Source: Patescibacteria group bacterium (GTDB taxonomy: Bacteria; Patescibacteriota; Patescibacteriia; 2-12-FULL-60-25). From it: a DNA stretch of 64,000 nucleotides. The stretch lies in NCBI GenBank assembly GCA_029004215.1, contig JAQULH010000001.1, forward strand, positions 11,947-75,946, written 5' to 3'. The notes below the pieces were generated by a model. The model was not told the origin of the DNA, searched no databases, and worked only from the letters and a program-made list of their open reading frames with translations. The position numbers and the translations under genes were made by a program. Below are positions 1-7,510 of the stretch, piece by piece (the first letter of the stretch is position 1; every line of letters starts with the position of its first letter).

Positions 1-195
1 TGGGGAGAGATAGGCCTGCTTTGCAACGGGATCTTTAACGAGGTCTACGAGCATCCCAATCATCCGGGAGTCGTCATCATGTACGGGGAGCACTCTCAAG
101 AGAAGATTGCTGAGATTCTCAGCGGCGACTTCGGCGAATACGAGGTCGTCCAGGGGTATGACAACCCCAAACTTCCCTTTAGACCCGCGTTCTGA
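1..195 (+). CDS. hypothetical protein, C-terminal fragment (ORF enters from the window edge)
   Basis: Frame +1 is open from nt 1 to TGA at 193-195 (...EYEVVQGYDNPKLPFRPAF*). No motif recognised. Confidence 0.4.
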   Translation, partial: WGEIGLLCNGIFNEVYEHPNHPGVVIMYGEHSQEKIAEILSGDFGEYEVVQGYDNPKLPFRPAF

Positions 196-226
196 GTTCA
201 GCGCGTACATTCTCAGGAGGCGTGTC

Positions 227-553
227 ATGTCAGAGGAAAACAAATACCCAAGAGCCGTTGGCACGAGTGCCGTCGTGACTGAAAAGCAATGGAACCAGGC
301 AGCACCTTTCGGGCATTGCCCAGCTTGCGGAAGCGTCGGGATCGAAGAGCTGAATATCCCCGGAGATCCGGAGATCTGCTTCTACTGTCCTGATGAAGGC
401 TGCAAGACCATACAGAACGGTCGAAGCGAGCCAGCCCGCACGAAGTGGAACAACGAGAAAACCGAAGAGCTCTTGGAAAAAGAAGCGCAAGGGGAAACCT
501 GGAACGTGATTCACTTTCCGGGCCAGGATGTCTCTGATATCTGCCCTGACTGA
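227..553 (+). CDS. small Cys-rich (zinc-ribbon-like) hypothetical protein
   Basis: ATG 227 is preceded by AGGAGG at 215-220. Contains HCPAC...CFYCPDEGC cysteine motifs. This start is preferred over the 107 start of the ORF track, which overlaps the upstream ORF. Confidence 0.6.
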   Translation: MSEENKYPRAVGTSAVVTEKQWNQAAPFGHCPACGSVGIEELNIPGDPEICFYCPDEGCKTIQNGRSEPARTKWNNEKTEELLEKEAQGETWNVIHFPGQDVSDICPD

Positions 554-596
554 GCCCAGCTCACCCATCGTTCCTCTCAATCTTCTTCCGTCAATT

Positions 597-624
597 CCGT
601 AGGGTTCGTCCTGCGGTTTTTTTT
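597..624 (+). terminator. intrinsic terminator
   Basis: Hairpin CCGTAGGG-TTCG-TCCTGCGG (597-616) followed by T8 (617-624). Confidence 0.6.
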
Positions 625-1270
625 ATTTTTTGACGCATTCGTACGAGACAAATAGCGGTCCGACTGCTTTTTTCTCATATGAGCAGTATTTTTCGATGCT
701 TCTTTCAAACTCTTCTTCTTTGTGGAAATATACTTCCGTCTTTACGCCAATTCCGGATGCTAAAACTACCTCGCCTCTGATATAGCCAGTTCTTTTTTCA
801 TCAAGAGAGTTCGCTGGGTCGCTCATCATCATTTTTTCTGTCTTATCATTAAAATCAATAATAATCAGCTTGCCGCCTAATTTAATTTTCTTGAAACAGG
901 TTTCAATCGCTTGATCCAAATCAGCCACTGTATGCAATACCATTGAACAAATGCCTAAATCAAATGATTCGTCAGGTACAGGCAGATCATTGGGCAAACT
1001 CCCGTGCTGTAAAGTGATATTTGGATGCGAGGATGTGCGGTGGATGTATTCAAAAAAGTCATCGGCAATATCCACCCCGTAATATTCATGACTTGTCTGC
1101 AGATATTTTAAAATTGTTCCCCAACCACAGCCAATATCCAGAATTTTGATTTTAGGAGGGAGGCCAAAGAGTATTTGCTGGAGATGCGGTTCAAGATATT
1201 TAACCCTATAGAAATCTTTACCGGACTCATAATTCCTTATCCAAGCCTGAACGTATTCATGGTCGTACAT
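623..1270 (-). CDS. class I SAM-dependent methyltransferase
   Basis: 215-aa ORF with motif I ILDIGCGWGT and a typical downstream acidic/hydrophobic pattern. Confidence 0.85.
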   Translation of the reverse strand: MYDHEYVQAWIRNYESGKDFYRVKYLEPHLQQILFGLPPKIKILDIGCGWGTILKYLQTSHEYYGVDIADDFFEYIHRTSSHPNITLQHGSLPNDLPVPDESFDLGICSMVLHTVADLDQAIETCFKKIKLGGKLIIIDFNDKTEKMMMSDPANSLDEKRTGYIRGEVVLASGIGVKTEVYFHKEEEFERSIEKYCSYEKKAVGPLFVSYECVKK

Positions 1271-1293
1271 AGTCTTTCTTGAACGTTGGGGGT

Positions 1294-1833
1294 TTATTTT
1301 TTTAATACCTTATTAAGTTCTTCTGAATTTTTAAAAAATAGTATTTTTGATTTTGTTTTATGCCCTTCTTTAATAAACTCTCTTATTGTATGCCCTGTTA
1401 TGCCCCCGCTTCCTTCTAGGACATATATATTTTTTGACATCCCACTCATTATTGTAACTTCGTACATCGTACCTACCTTCCCGCTGATAACTATTGCCAT
1501 GTCAACCTTTGAGCACATGTCTAAAGACCTTAGATAATTATCAATGACTGACAATTTTTTACTAAAATATTTTTTTTGAAAGATGATGTCTGTATATTCT
1601 GACAAATCAGCGTCATGAAATCGGGAATGATCTGTCATGGACCTGCCGGTGGCATACGAGATTACTTTTCCGCCTGCTTTGATCGCTGACAGAGCCACAA
1701 TATGAGGGTAGCCGTTTGTGCCGCCGGTTACTATGGTATGTTTATTTATAGCGATTAGTCTACCGATTTCTTTAGCCTTTTTAATAATTTGAGGATTATC
1801 GGTTTTAGTTGTTCCAATAATAGCAATTTTCAT
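1294..1833 (-). CDS. TIGR00725/LOG-like Rossmann-fold protein
   Basis: MKIAIIGTT...IVTGGTNGYPHIVALSAIKAGGKVISYATG resembles the LOG/SLOG (TIGR00725) family. The start could instead be the upstream ATG at 1851. Confidence 0.6.
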   Translation of the reverse strand: MKIAIIGTTKTDNPQIIKKAKEIGRLIAINKHTIVTGGTNGYPHIVALSAIKAGGKVISYATGRSMTDHSRFHDADLSEYTDIIFQKKYFSKKLSVIDNYLRSLDMCSKVDMAIVISGKVGTMYEVTIMSGMSKNIYVLEGSGGITGHTIREFIKEGHKTKSKILFFKNSEELNKVLKK

Positions 1834-1922
1834 ATATGCACATCTTGCCATTTAGCTTAAAAAATGTATAGAATGGATCAGGTGCGAAGCGGCGTGAGCC
1901 TCACTGGTTTAAGTGAGGTTTT

Positions 1923-3374
1923 ATGTTACGCCTCTCTCAGATTTTCAATATAAACCGCGCGGCTTTGGGCATGGTTGCCTGTCTTTTAGGCGTGACTGTC
2001 CATTCGTTTTTTCCTCTTATCACCATTCCGACGCAAATCTGGTGGTTGATGGCAGTCGTGTTATTGGTGATTGGAGTTTTGATGTTTAGGAGCCGCTTGT
2101 TTGTATCTTGTTTCTTGTATCTTGGTGTTTGCCTCCTGGGCCTGTTACGTTTTGACGTCGCTGTGCCGCCAAGCATCCAGATAGGAGAAACAAAGACCTA
2201 CGCTGCCAACGTTCAAAATGTTACAGACAGCCTTTATGGCACTCAGGCGGCCGTCAAAATAGAGGATGAAGGATTCCGAGCATTGCTTACGCTCAAAACC
2301 GAAATTCCAATTGGTTCTACGATACGTTTTTCATGCGCGTTAAAACCAGTTATCCAAAAGCCGGACGAGCTGGATCGGCGTTTTGCGTATCGTTTGCACC
2401 AAGCGCAGGCGCAATGTACGCCTAAAGAGCTGATGATCCTCGCGCCACCGGCTTGGTGGGATGTGCGGCAAACATTCGCGGATCTTCGAGTTTGGACCAA
2501 CCGACGTATTATGTCTGTCTTGCCAGGTGAAGAGGGAGCTCTGATCGCGGGTATGCTTTATGGCGAGAGGGGGATGTCTCAAAAATCCAACGATCTTTTC
2601 CGCCGCGCGGGGCTAACGCACTTAATTGCCGTCTCGGGCTCAAACATCACCATTGTCGCGTCGATTGTTTTCGCAGTCTTGCTCGGGTTTGGGCTGTGGA
2701 GACGCCAGGCATTCTGGATGACGACCATCATCCTCGCCTCATACGTCACATTCACCGGTTTTTCAGCCTCGGTTGCCCGCGCGGCGGTCATGGGTTGGTT
2801 GGTTCTGCTGGCGCGACACGTTGGCCGACAGCCGCGGACTTGGCACGTGCTGCTTGTCTCGGCTTTTACGCTCTGTCTGATTGATCCGTGGATGCTGGCC
2901 TTTGATGCTGGATTTGCTTTGTCATTCCTGGCAACTATTGGCCTCATGAGTTGGTCACCGATTTTAAACCATCGCTTAAAGTTTTTGCCGGAAATTGGAG
3001 GATTGCGCGAAGCAGCTGCCACCACCATCTCCGCCACGCTCATGACAACGCCCTACATGGCTTTTGCTTTTGAGCGCGTGTCGCTGGCCGGCCTGCTAAC
3101 TAACTTGGTTGCTGTGCCGCTTGTGTCTTGGGCCATGCTGTTCGGCGCTCTGAGCGCTACTTGGGGCCAACTCATCGGATGGCAAGTTATTGCAATGCCA
3201 TCAGTCGGCGTCGCCAAGATTATTTTTTTGTCGGCCAGCTTGGCAGATTATTTTCCGTGGCTGTCCATCCAAATGCAGAGCATGAATTTTATGTTTCTCG
3301 TCGCGACTTATGCACTCCTGCTCTGGATTTGGTTTAAGTTACGCATAAAAAATAAGTTTTCCACAAAAGATTGA
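1923..3374 (+). CDS. comEC: ComEC/Rec2 family DNA internalisation channel (membrane core only)
   Basis: Polytopic membrane ORF with the family motif AGLTHLIAVSGSNITIV. No C-terminal metallo-beta-lactamase domain. Confidence 0.85.
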   Translation: MLRLSQIFNINRAALGMVACLLGVTVHSFFPLITIPTQIWWLMAVVLLVIGVLMFRSRLFVSCFLYLGVCLLGLLRFDVAVPPSIQIGETKTYAANVQNVTDSLYGTQAAVKIEDEGFRALLTLKTEIPIGSTIRFSCALKPVIQKPDELDRRFAYRLHQAQAQCTPKELMILAPPAWWDVRQTFADLRVWTNRRIMSVLPGEEGALIAGMLYGERGMSQKSNDLFRRAGLTHLIAVSGSNITIVASIVFAVLLGFGLWRRQAFWMTTIILASYVTFTGFSASVARAAVMGWLVLLARHVGRQPRTWHVLLVSAFTLCLIDPWMLAFDAGFALSFLATIGLMSWSPILNHRLKFLPEIGGLREAAATTISATLMTTPYMAFAFERVSLAGLLTNLVAVPLVSWAMLFGALSATWGQLIGWQVIAMPSVGVAKIIFLSASLADYFPWLSIQMQSMNFMFLVATYALLLWIWFKLRIKNKFSTKD

Positions 3375-3436
3375 TAATTTTGTAAAAATAAAATAACAAA
3401 ATGTCAGATGTTAAACTCCGTGAGACGAAAATAATT

Positions 3437-3465
3437 GTAGAGACGTTACATTACAACGTTCCTAC
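3437..3465. repeat. degenerate copy of the GTAGAGACG hairpin terminator family
   Basis: GTAGAGACGTTACATTACAACGTTCCTAC flanked by AAAATAATT / AATTATTTT, directly after the comEC stop. Confidence 0.6.
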
Positions 3466-4054
3466 AATTATTTTGTTCGCTGTCATTAACATCATAAATT
3501 GACCATGGACGCTAAACGCCGCACGCTGTAAGTGAGGCTTCACAGCTTCGCACCTCGAAAGCAACAGACTCGGAACGCAAGATTGATCGCACAGCGCGCC
3601 AGTATCCGGCAGGACCAATGAGCTAAACGGGCATTGGCCTCTGCCGCTAGTCGGTTCGGCAACTGATTGGCAGACGATGCATTTATAAAGTGCGTTTTAC
3701 ATACATCAAAGATGGGTCCTGGAGGGGATTTTTCATCAAAGATGCCATTTCGTCATGTAGCTAATGACTACAAGGCACAAATGGAGGGGCGTATCAGTCG
3801 AGCTAAAAAAGCTAAAGCCGATGTCCAAAATCGGCCTGAGAAAAAATCGTAGTTACAATTGGCAGCGCGATATTCATAAACACGCTGTTGACCATGTTCC
3901 AGCCTTTGATTGGCGACAGGAGCGGTCATGTGATTACGGTTCATTGGGTCAGGACTTTTGCCAAAAGTCCGGAGGCGGGCCGTTCCGAGTTTGTTGCCCA
4001 AGACTGCTTTGGTCTCCTCTACGACGCGTATTGGAGGGAACCGGAGGCAGTCTC

Positions 4055-6286
4055 ATGGAAAAGAAGCTTGGCACATCGAAAATCAGGTTTTTCACGTTGT
4101 TCTGCATGCTGCTGATTGTTGCAAGTTGCGGCAACCTTGGACCGGTCGAGCCGAACCAAGGGGGAGGTATTGCGCCCGTAAGCCACAACTCCAACAGTTC
4201 GACCGGCACGCAGGGTTGCACTGTATATGCCGTGCGCTACCCGACCACTGTTGAGGATTTCCAAAAGTTGCTTTACGGCAATCGAGGATTTCTCACCGAG
4301 TACAATGGCATCAAGCACCTGGGCCACGACATCATTTATGCCGAGGGCACAGCCATCCACCCCATTGCCTGCGGCAAAATCGTTTATTACGGGCCTGCCA
4401 GCGGATATGGGACTCTGGTCATTGTGATCGAGCACAAGCTGGCAGCGGCGCTGACCGTCACGAATGGTGACGGCACGACAACAGCCGTCACGTCTTTTCT
4501 TACTATCTACGGTCATCAGCGTAAGACCCAGCAAATGAACGGCGGCAACGCTCTGACCTGGCAGGTCGGGGATTATGTTGGCCCGGATGATGTCATTAGC
4601 TACGTGCAGAACGATGTTGCAAACGGCGACGGGCCGGAACATCTGCATTTGGGAGTCAGATTGCAGAGCACAGCTGAAGCCAAGGTTGTTGATCCTTCGG
4701 CTTGGTTCCGCGGCAATGACACGGCAGATGGGAAGTACAAGAAGTACTACACCGATCCCGCGACTTTTATTCCCAATTTGCAGACAGCGCTCGAGGGTTC
4801 TTCGGGCGTTGATCCGGAGCAGGCTGCGACAGCCATGCATTACCCGGTTGGGACTTTGCTCCAAGAATACGGAGGAGGTTACTGGTTGGTCGTGGGCGAG
4901 AACAGTATCTTGAATGCGACTGGCTATGACCATCTGCCTAAGAGTTGTGCAGTCAACATGCCTCTCCAGGCATTGAACTGCTACACCCAAGTCCAATTCG
5001 ATCCGTTCTCACTCTACCTGGACGCCAAGGTCATCAAGTTCGACGGCGAACCGCAGGTCTACCAACTTTTTCCTGGCAATGGCTTTGCGACCACGGGTTA
5101 CCGGACATTCCTGTCATACGACTCTTTTCTGTCGTGGGGTTACAAGGATGGCGACATCGTGTCCTATCCGTTCACGCAGAAGGCGTCAACGCTCAACGCT
5201 TTGCAAGACAAAGGTATGGTCGGTTTCATGCCGGGAGCCTTGGTCAAAGGTAAAGGCCAGAGCGAGGTGGCAGTTGCTGACCAGAACGGCCAACGTCGTC
5301 CCATCTTCAACTGGGACGTGTTCCTGGCTTTGGGCTATCAGCAGCAGTGCATCTATGAAATCGAACCAACCACGCTTGATGTTGTGGCCGGCTCGCGTTC
5401 TGATCAAGTCATAACCTTGTCCGAGACAGGACAGTGTGGCGCCCAAGGGCAAGGAGGATCATCCGGTATAGGCGGGTCTGGAGGATCTGTTGGGTCGGGT
5501 GGTATGACGAATGAAGGAGGATCTTCTGGTTCGACTGGGCAAGGAGGAAGCCAGCCGAGTGTCGGCGGAGCAAGCGGGTCATCTGCAACAGGCGGATCCG
5601 GAGGGCTGGATTATTTGTGCGCACCGGGCTCAACAGATTCATGTGCCTGCGGTGGCGGAGTCCTTGGCAGCCAAGTTTGTCGTGACGACGGCCAGGCTTA
5701 CGACCCTTGTATATGTCCTGATGCAGGAAGCGGCGGTTTTGGCGGATCGCAAGGGCAAGGAGGCTCAACCGGAGTCGGAGGAACGACGAGCATCGGCGGG
5801 TCATCAGGTCAGGGAGGATCAATCAACGTCGGTGGTTCAAGCGGCAGCGGAGGAACGTCCAACAACTCCAGCCTTTGCCAAACCAAAGGTGTGGCCAACA
5901 AGACGGTGATCATTATCAATGCGCCGGTCGGCCAATCCAATGTCATCTCCGTCTTCGGCTGGATTGATTATCCGGGTTGGAGCGGAGTGCCGGACGTGTC
6001 TTGGAGCGGTTGGGCTTGGGGAGCGACAGGCGTGGACCAACTCGTCTTCCAAAAAGGCGATGTTTACCAAGGTACCAAGTACATCTTCGCGCCAGGAGTC
6101 TCATCCAATAATGGCCAGCCGCAAGATGCCTGGTATTGCGAACAGACAGGCTGCCCAATCGGGACATTTGTGGTCTGCAATGGCCTACAAGAAGCCTGCC
6201 GCGTGCAGGATGGCGTACTGTCCGGCAAAGCCTCGTACAACGCTAACCAAGCAGGCTGGCAAAATATCCAGTGCGTATTACCTTAG
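4055..6286 (+). CDS. M23 family metallopeptidase lipoprotein with Gly/Ser-rich linkers and Cys-rich C-terminal domains
   Basis: GGAGG at 4043-4047, then ATG 4055. Lipobox LLIVASC. M23 motifs HLGHD and EHLHLG. Two GGS-rich linkers (about 5440-5600 and 5720-5870) flank a 6-Cys module. The 3764 start of the ORF track is rejected. Confidence 0.8.
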   Translation: MEKKLGTSKIRFFTLFCMLLIVASCGNLGPVEPNQGGGIAPVSHNSNSSTGTQGCTVYAVRYPTTVEDFQKLLYGNRGFLTEYNGIKHLGHDIIYAEGTAIHPIACGKIVYYGPASGYGTLVIVIEHKLAAALTVTNGDGTTTAVTSFLTIYGHQRKTQQMNGGNALTWQVGDYVGPDDVISYVQNDVANGDGPEHLHLGVRLQSTAEAKVVDPSAWFRGNDTADGKYKKYYTDPATFIPNLQTALEGSSGVDPEQAATAMHYPVGTLLQEYGGGYWLVVGENSILNATGYDHLPKSCAVNMPLQALNCYTQVQFDPFSLYLDAKVIKFDGEPQVYQLFPGNGFATTGYRTFLSYDSFLSWGYKDGDIVSYPFTQKASTLNALQDKGMVGFMPGALVKGKGQSEVAVADQNGQRRPIFNWDVFLALGYQQQCIYEIEPTTLDVVAGSRSDQVITLSETGQCGAQGQGGSSGIGGSGGSVGSGGMTNEGGSSGSTGQGGSQPSVGGASGSSATGGSGGLDYLCAPGSTDSCACGGGVLGSQVCRDDGQAYDPCICPDAGSGGFGGSQGQGGSTGVGGTTSIGGSSGQGGSINVGGSSGSGGTSNNSSLCQTKGVANKTVIIINAPVGQSNVISVFGWIDYPGWSGVPDVSWSGWAWGATGVDQLVFQKGDVYQGTKYIFAPGVSSNNGQPQDAWYCEQTGCPIGTFVVCNGLQEACRVQDGVLSGKASYNANQAGWQNIQCVLP

Positions 6287-6297
6287 CCTACTCACTC

Positions 6298-6324
6298 GCC
6301 CTGCATTCTTGCGGGGCCTTTTTA
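6298..6324 (+). terminator. intrinsic terminator
   Basis: GCCCTGC-ATTCTT-GCGGGGC followed by CTTTTTAT. Confidence 0.55.
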
Positions 6325-6383
6325 TCCCAGGCACTTATCCCCATGACGGTTTTTCGTCCGTTTGGTAAGGTATGTGTCATATA

Positions 6384-6398
6384 GAACAATAATAGAAC
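6384..6398. promoter_or_regulatory. GAAC-N7-GAAC direct repeat (candidate LexA/SOS-type operator) upstream of recA
   Basis: GAACAATAATAGAAC lies 13-27 nt upstream of the recA ATG. It matches the direct-repeat SOS box form known from Alphaproteobacteria. Confidence 0.35.
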
Positions 6399-6410
6399 AC
6401 ATAACATATT

Positions 6411-7493
6411 ATGCCCAAGAAAGTTGATGAGCGCGATGCTCGCAAACTGGCCGCGCAAGAGGCTATTGATCAAATTAAAGAAAGGTTTGGCGAAGGTTCA
6501 ATCATGCGTCTTGGAGAGGCCAAGAAAATGCTGGTGGAGGCTGTGCCGACCGGTTGCCTGTCGTTAGATCTGGCACTGGGTGTTATGGGAGTGCCGCGTG
6601 GTCGCGTGGTCGAGATTTACGGCCCAGAAGCGTCCGGTAAAACCACTCTAGCCCAACATATCATTGCTGAGGTCCAAAAGATGGGCGGCTTGGCTGCTTT
6701 TGTTGATGCGGAACACGCGCTCGATCCTGACTATGCTCGCAAGATTGGCGTGAACATCAATGACATGTTGATTTCCCAACCTGATACTGGCGAGCAAGCT
6801 TTGGATATCGTCGAAACACTCGTGCGATCCAATGCAGTCGATGTCGTTGTTGTGGACTCAGTAGCCGCACTCACGCCCAAAGCCGAAATCGAAGGTGAGA
6901 TGGGGGATAGCCACATGGGTTTGCAGGCCAGGCTCATGAGCCAAGCTTTGCGCAAGTTAACTTCTGTCATCTCTCGCACCAAGACGGTTGTAATTTTCAT
7001 TAACCAGATCCGCCAAAAGATTGGAGTCATGTTCGGCAATCCCGAAACAACAACCGGCGGCATGGCCCTCAAGTTCTACTCATCCATGCGCATCGAAGTC
7101 AGGCGCAGCGCACAAATCAAAATGGGTGACCGCATCATTGGTAATCGAGTTAAGGCCAAGATCGTGAAAAACAAGATGGCCGCGCCTTTCCGCAATTGCG
7201 AATTCGATATCATGTACAACGAAGGCATCTCGATTGCTGGCGACCTGGTTGATTTGGGCGTTGAGTGGGGAGTGGTTAAAAAGTCAGGCAACAGTTATGC
7301 ATATAATGATGAAAAGTTAGGCATGGGCCGCGAAAATGCCAAACAAACTTTGCGTTCCAGGCCGGATTTAATGTCTAAAATCCGTGAACAGGTAACGGCC
7401 GCCTGGCGCGTCAAAGAGGAGGAAGGTAGTTTATCACCGACTGGCGGGAATGCCGGGGGTGTGGAAGATGAGGTTCCGCCAACCGAGGAATAG
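6411..7493 (+). CDS. recA: recombinase RecA
   Basis: Walker [12 protein letters not shown] and a full-length RecA-like sequence with an acidic C-terminus. Confidence 0.97.
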   Translation: MPKKVDERDARKLAAQEAIDQIKERFGEGSIMRLGEAKKMLVEAVPTGCLSLDLALGVMGVPRGRVVEIYGPEASGKTTLAQHIIAEVQKMGGLAAFVDAEHALDPDYARKIGVNINDMLISQPDTGEQALDIVETLVRSNAVDVVVVDSVAALTPKAEIEGEMGDSHMGLQARLMSQALRKLTSVISRTKTVVIFINQIRQKIGVMFGNPETTTGGMALKFYSSMRIEVRRSAQIKMGDRIIGNRVKAKIVKNKMAAPFRNCEFDIMYNEGISIAGDLVDLGVEWGVVKKSGNSYAYNDEKLGMGRENAKQTLRSRPDLMSKIREQVTAAWRVKEEEGSLSPTGGNAGGVEDEVPPTEE

Positions 7494-7510
7494 CTGTTAA
7501 TTTAGCCAAC

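Noticed and set aside
1286-1537. 83-aa plus-strand ORF.
   Set aside because: It lies entirely antisense to the LOG-like gene, and its AT-rich translation is low complexity.
3764-4054. 97-codon N-terminal extension of the M23 peptidase ORF.
   Set aside because: No start signal at 3764. GGAGG plus ATG 4055 gives a textbook lipoprotein signal peptide. The extension is probably just stop-free GC-rich leader.
4019-4996. 325-aa ORF on the minus strand, and similar long antisense ORFs: 62759-63457 (+), 11202-11636 (-), 13254-13655 (+), 18429-19019 (-), 30181-30987 (-), 39576-40448 (-).
   Set aside because: All lie antisense to, or out of frame with, genes that have clear homology or SD-led starts. 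Their translations are Arg/Leu/Gly/Ser-rich shadow sequences typical of GC-rich DNA, with no start signals.
5440-5870. Gly/Ser-rich nucleotide repeats, considered as a possible non-coding repeat array.
   Set aside because: They are in frame within the M23 lipoprotein and encode flexible GGS-type linkers. This is coding low-complexity sequence, not an independent element.
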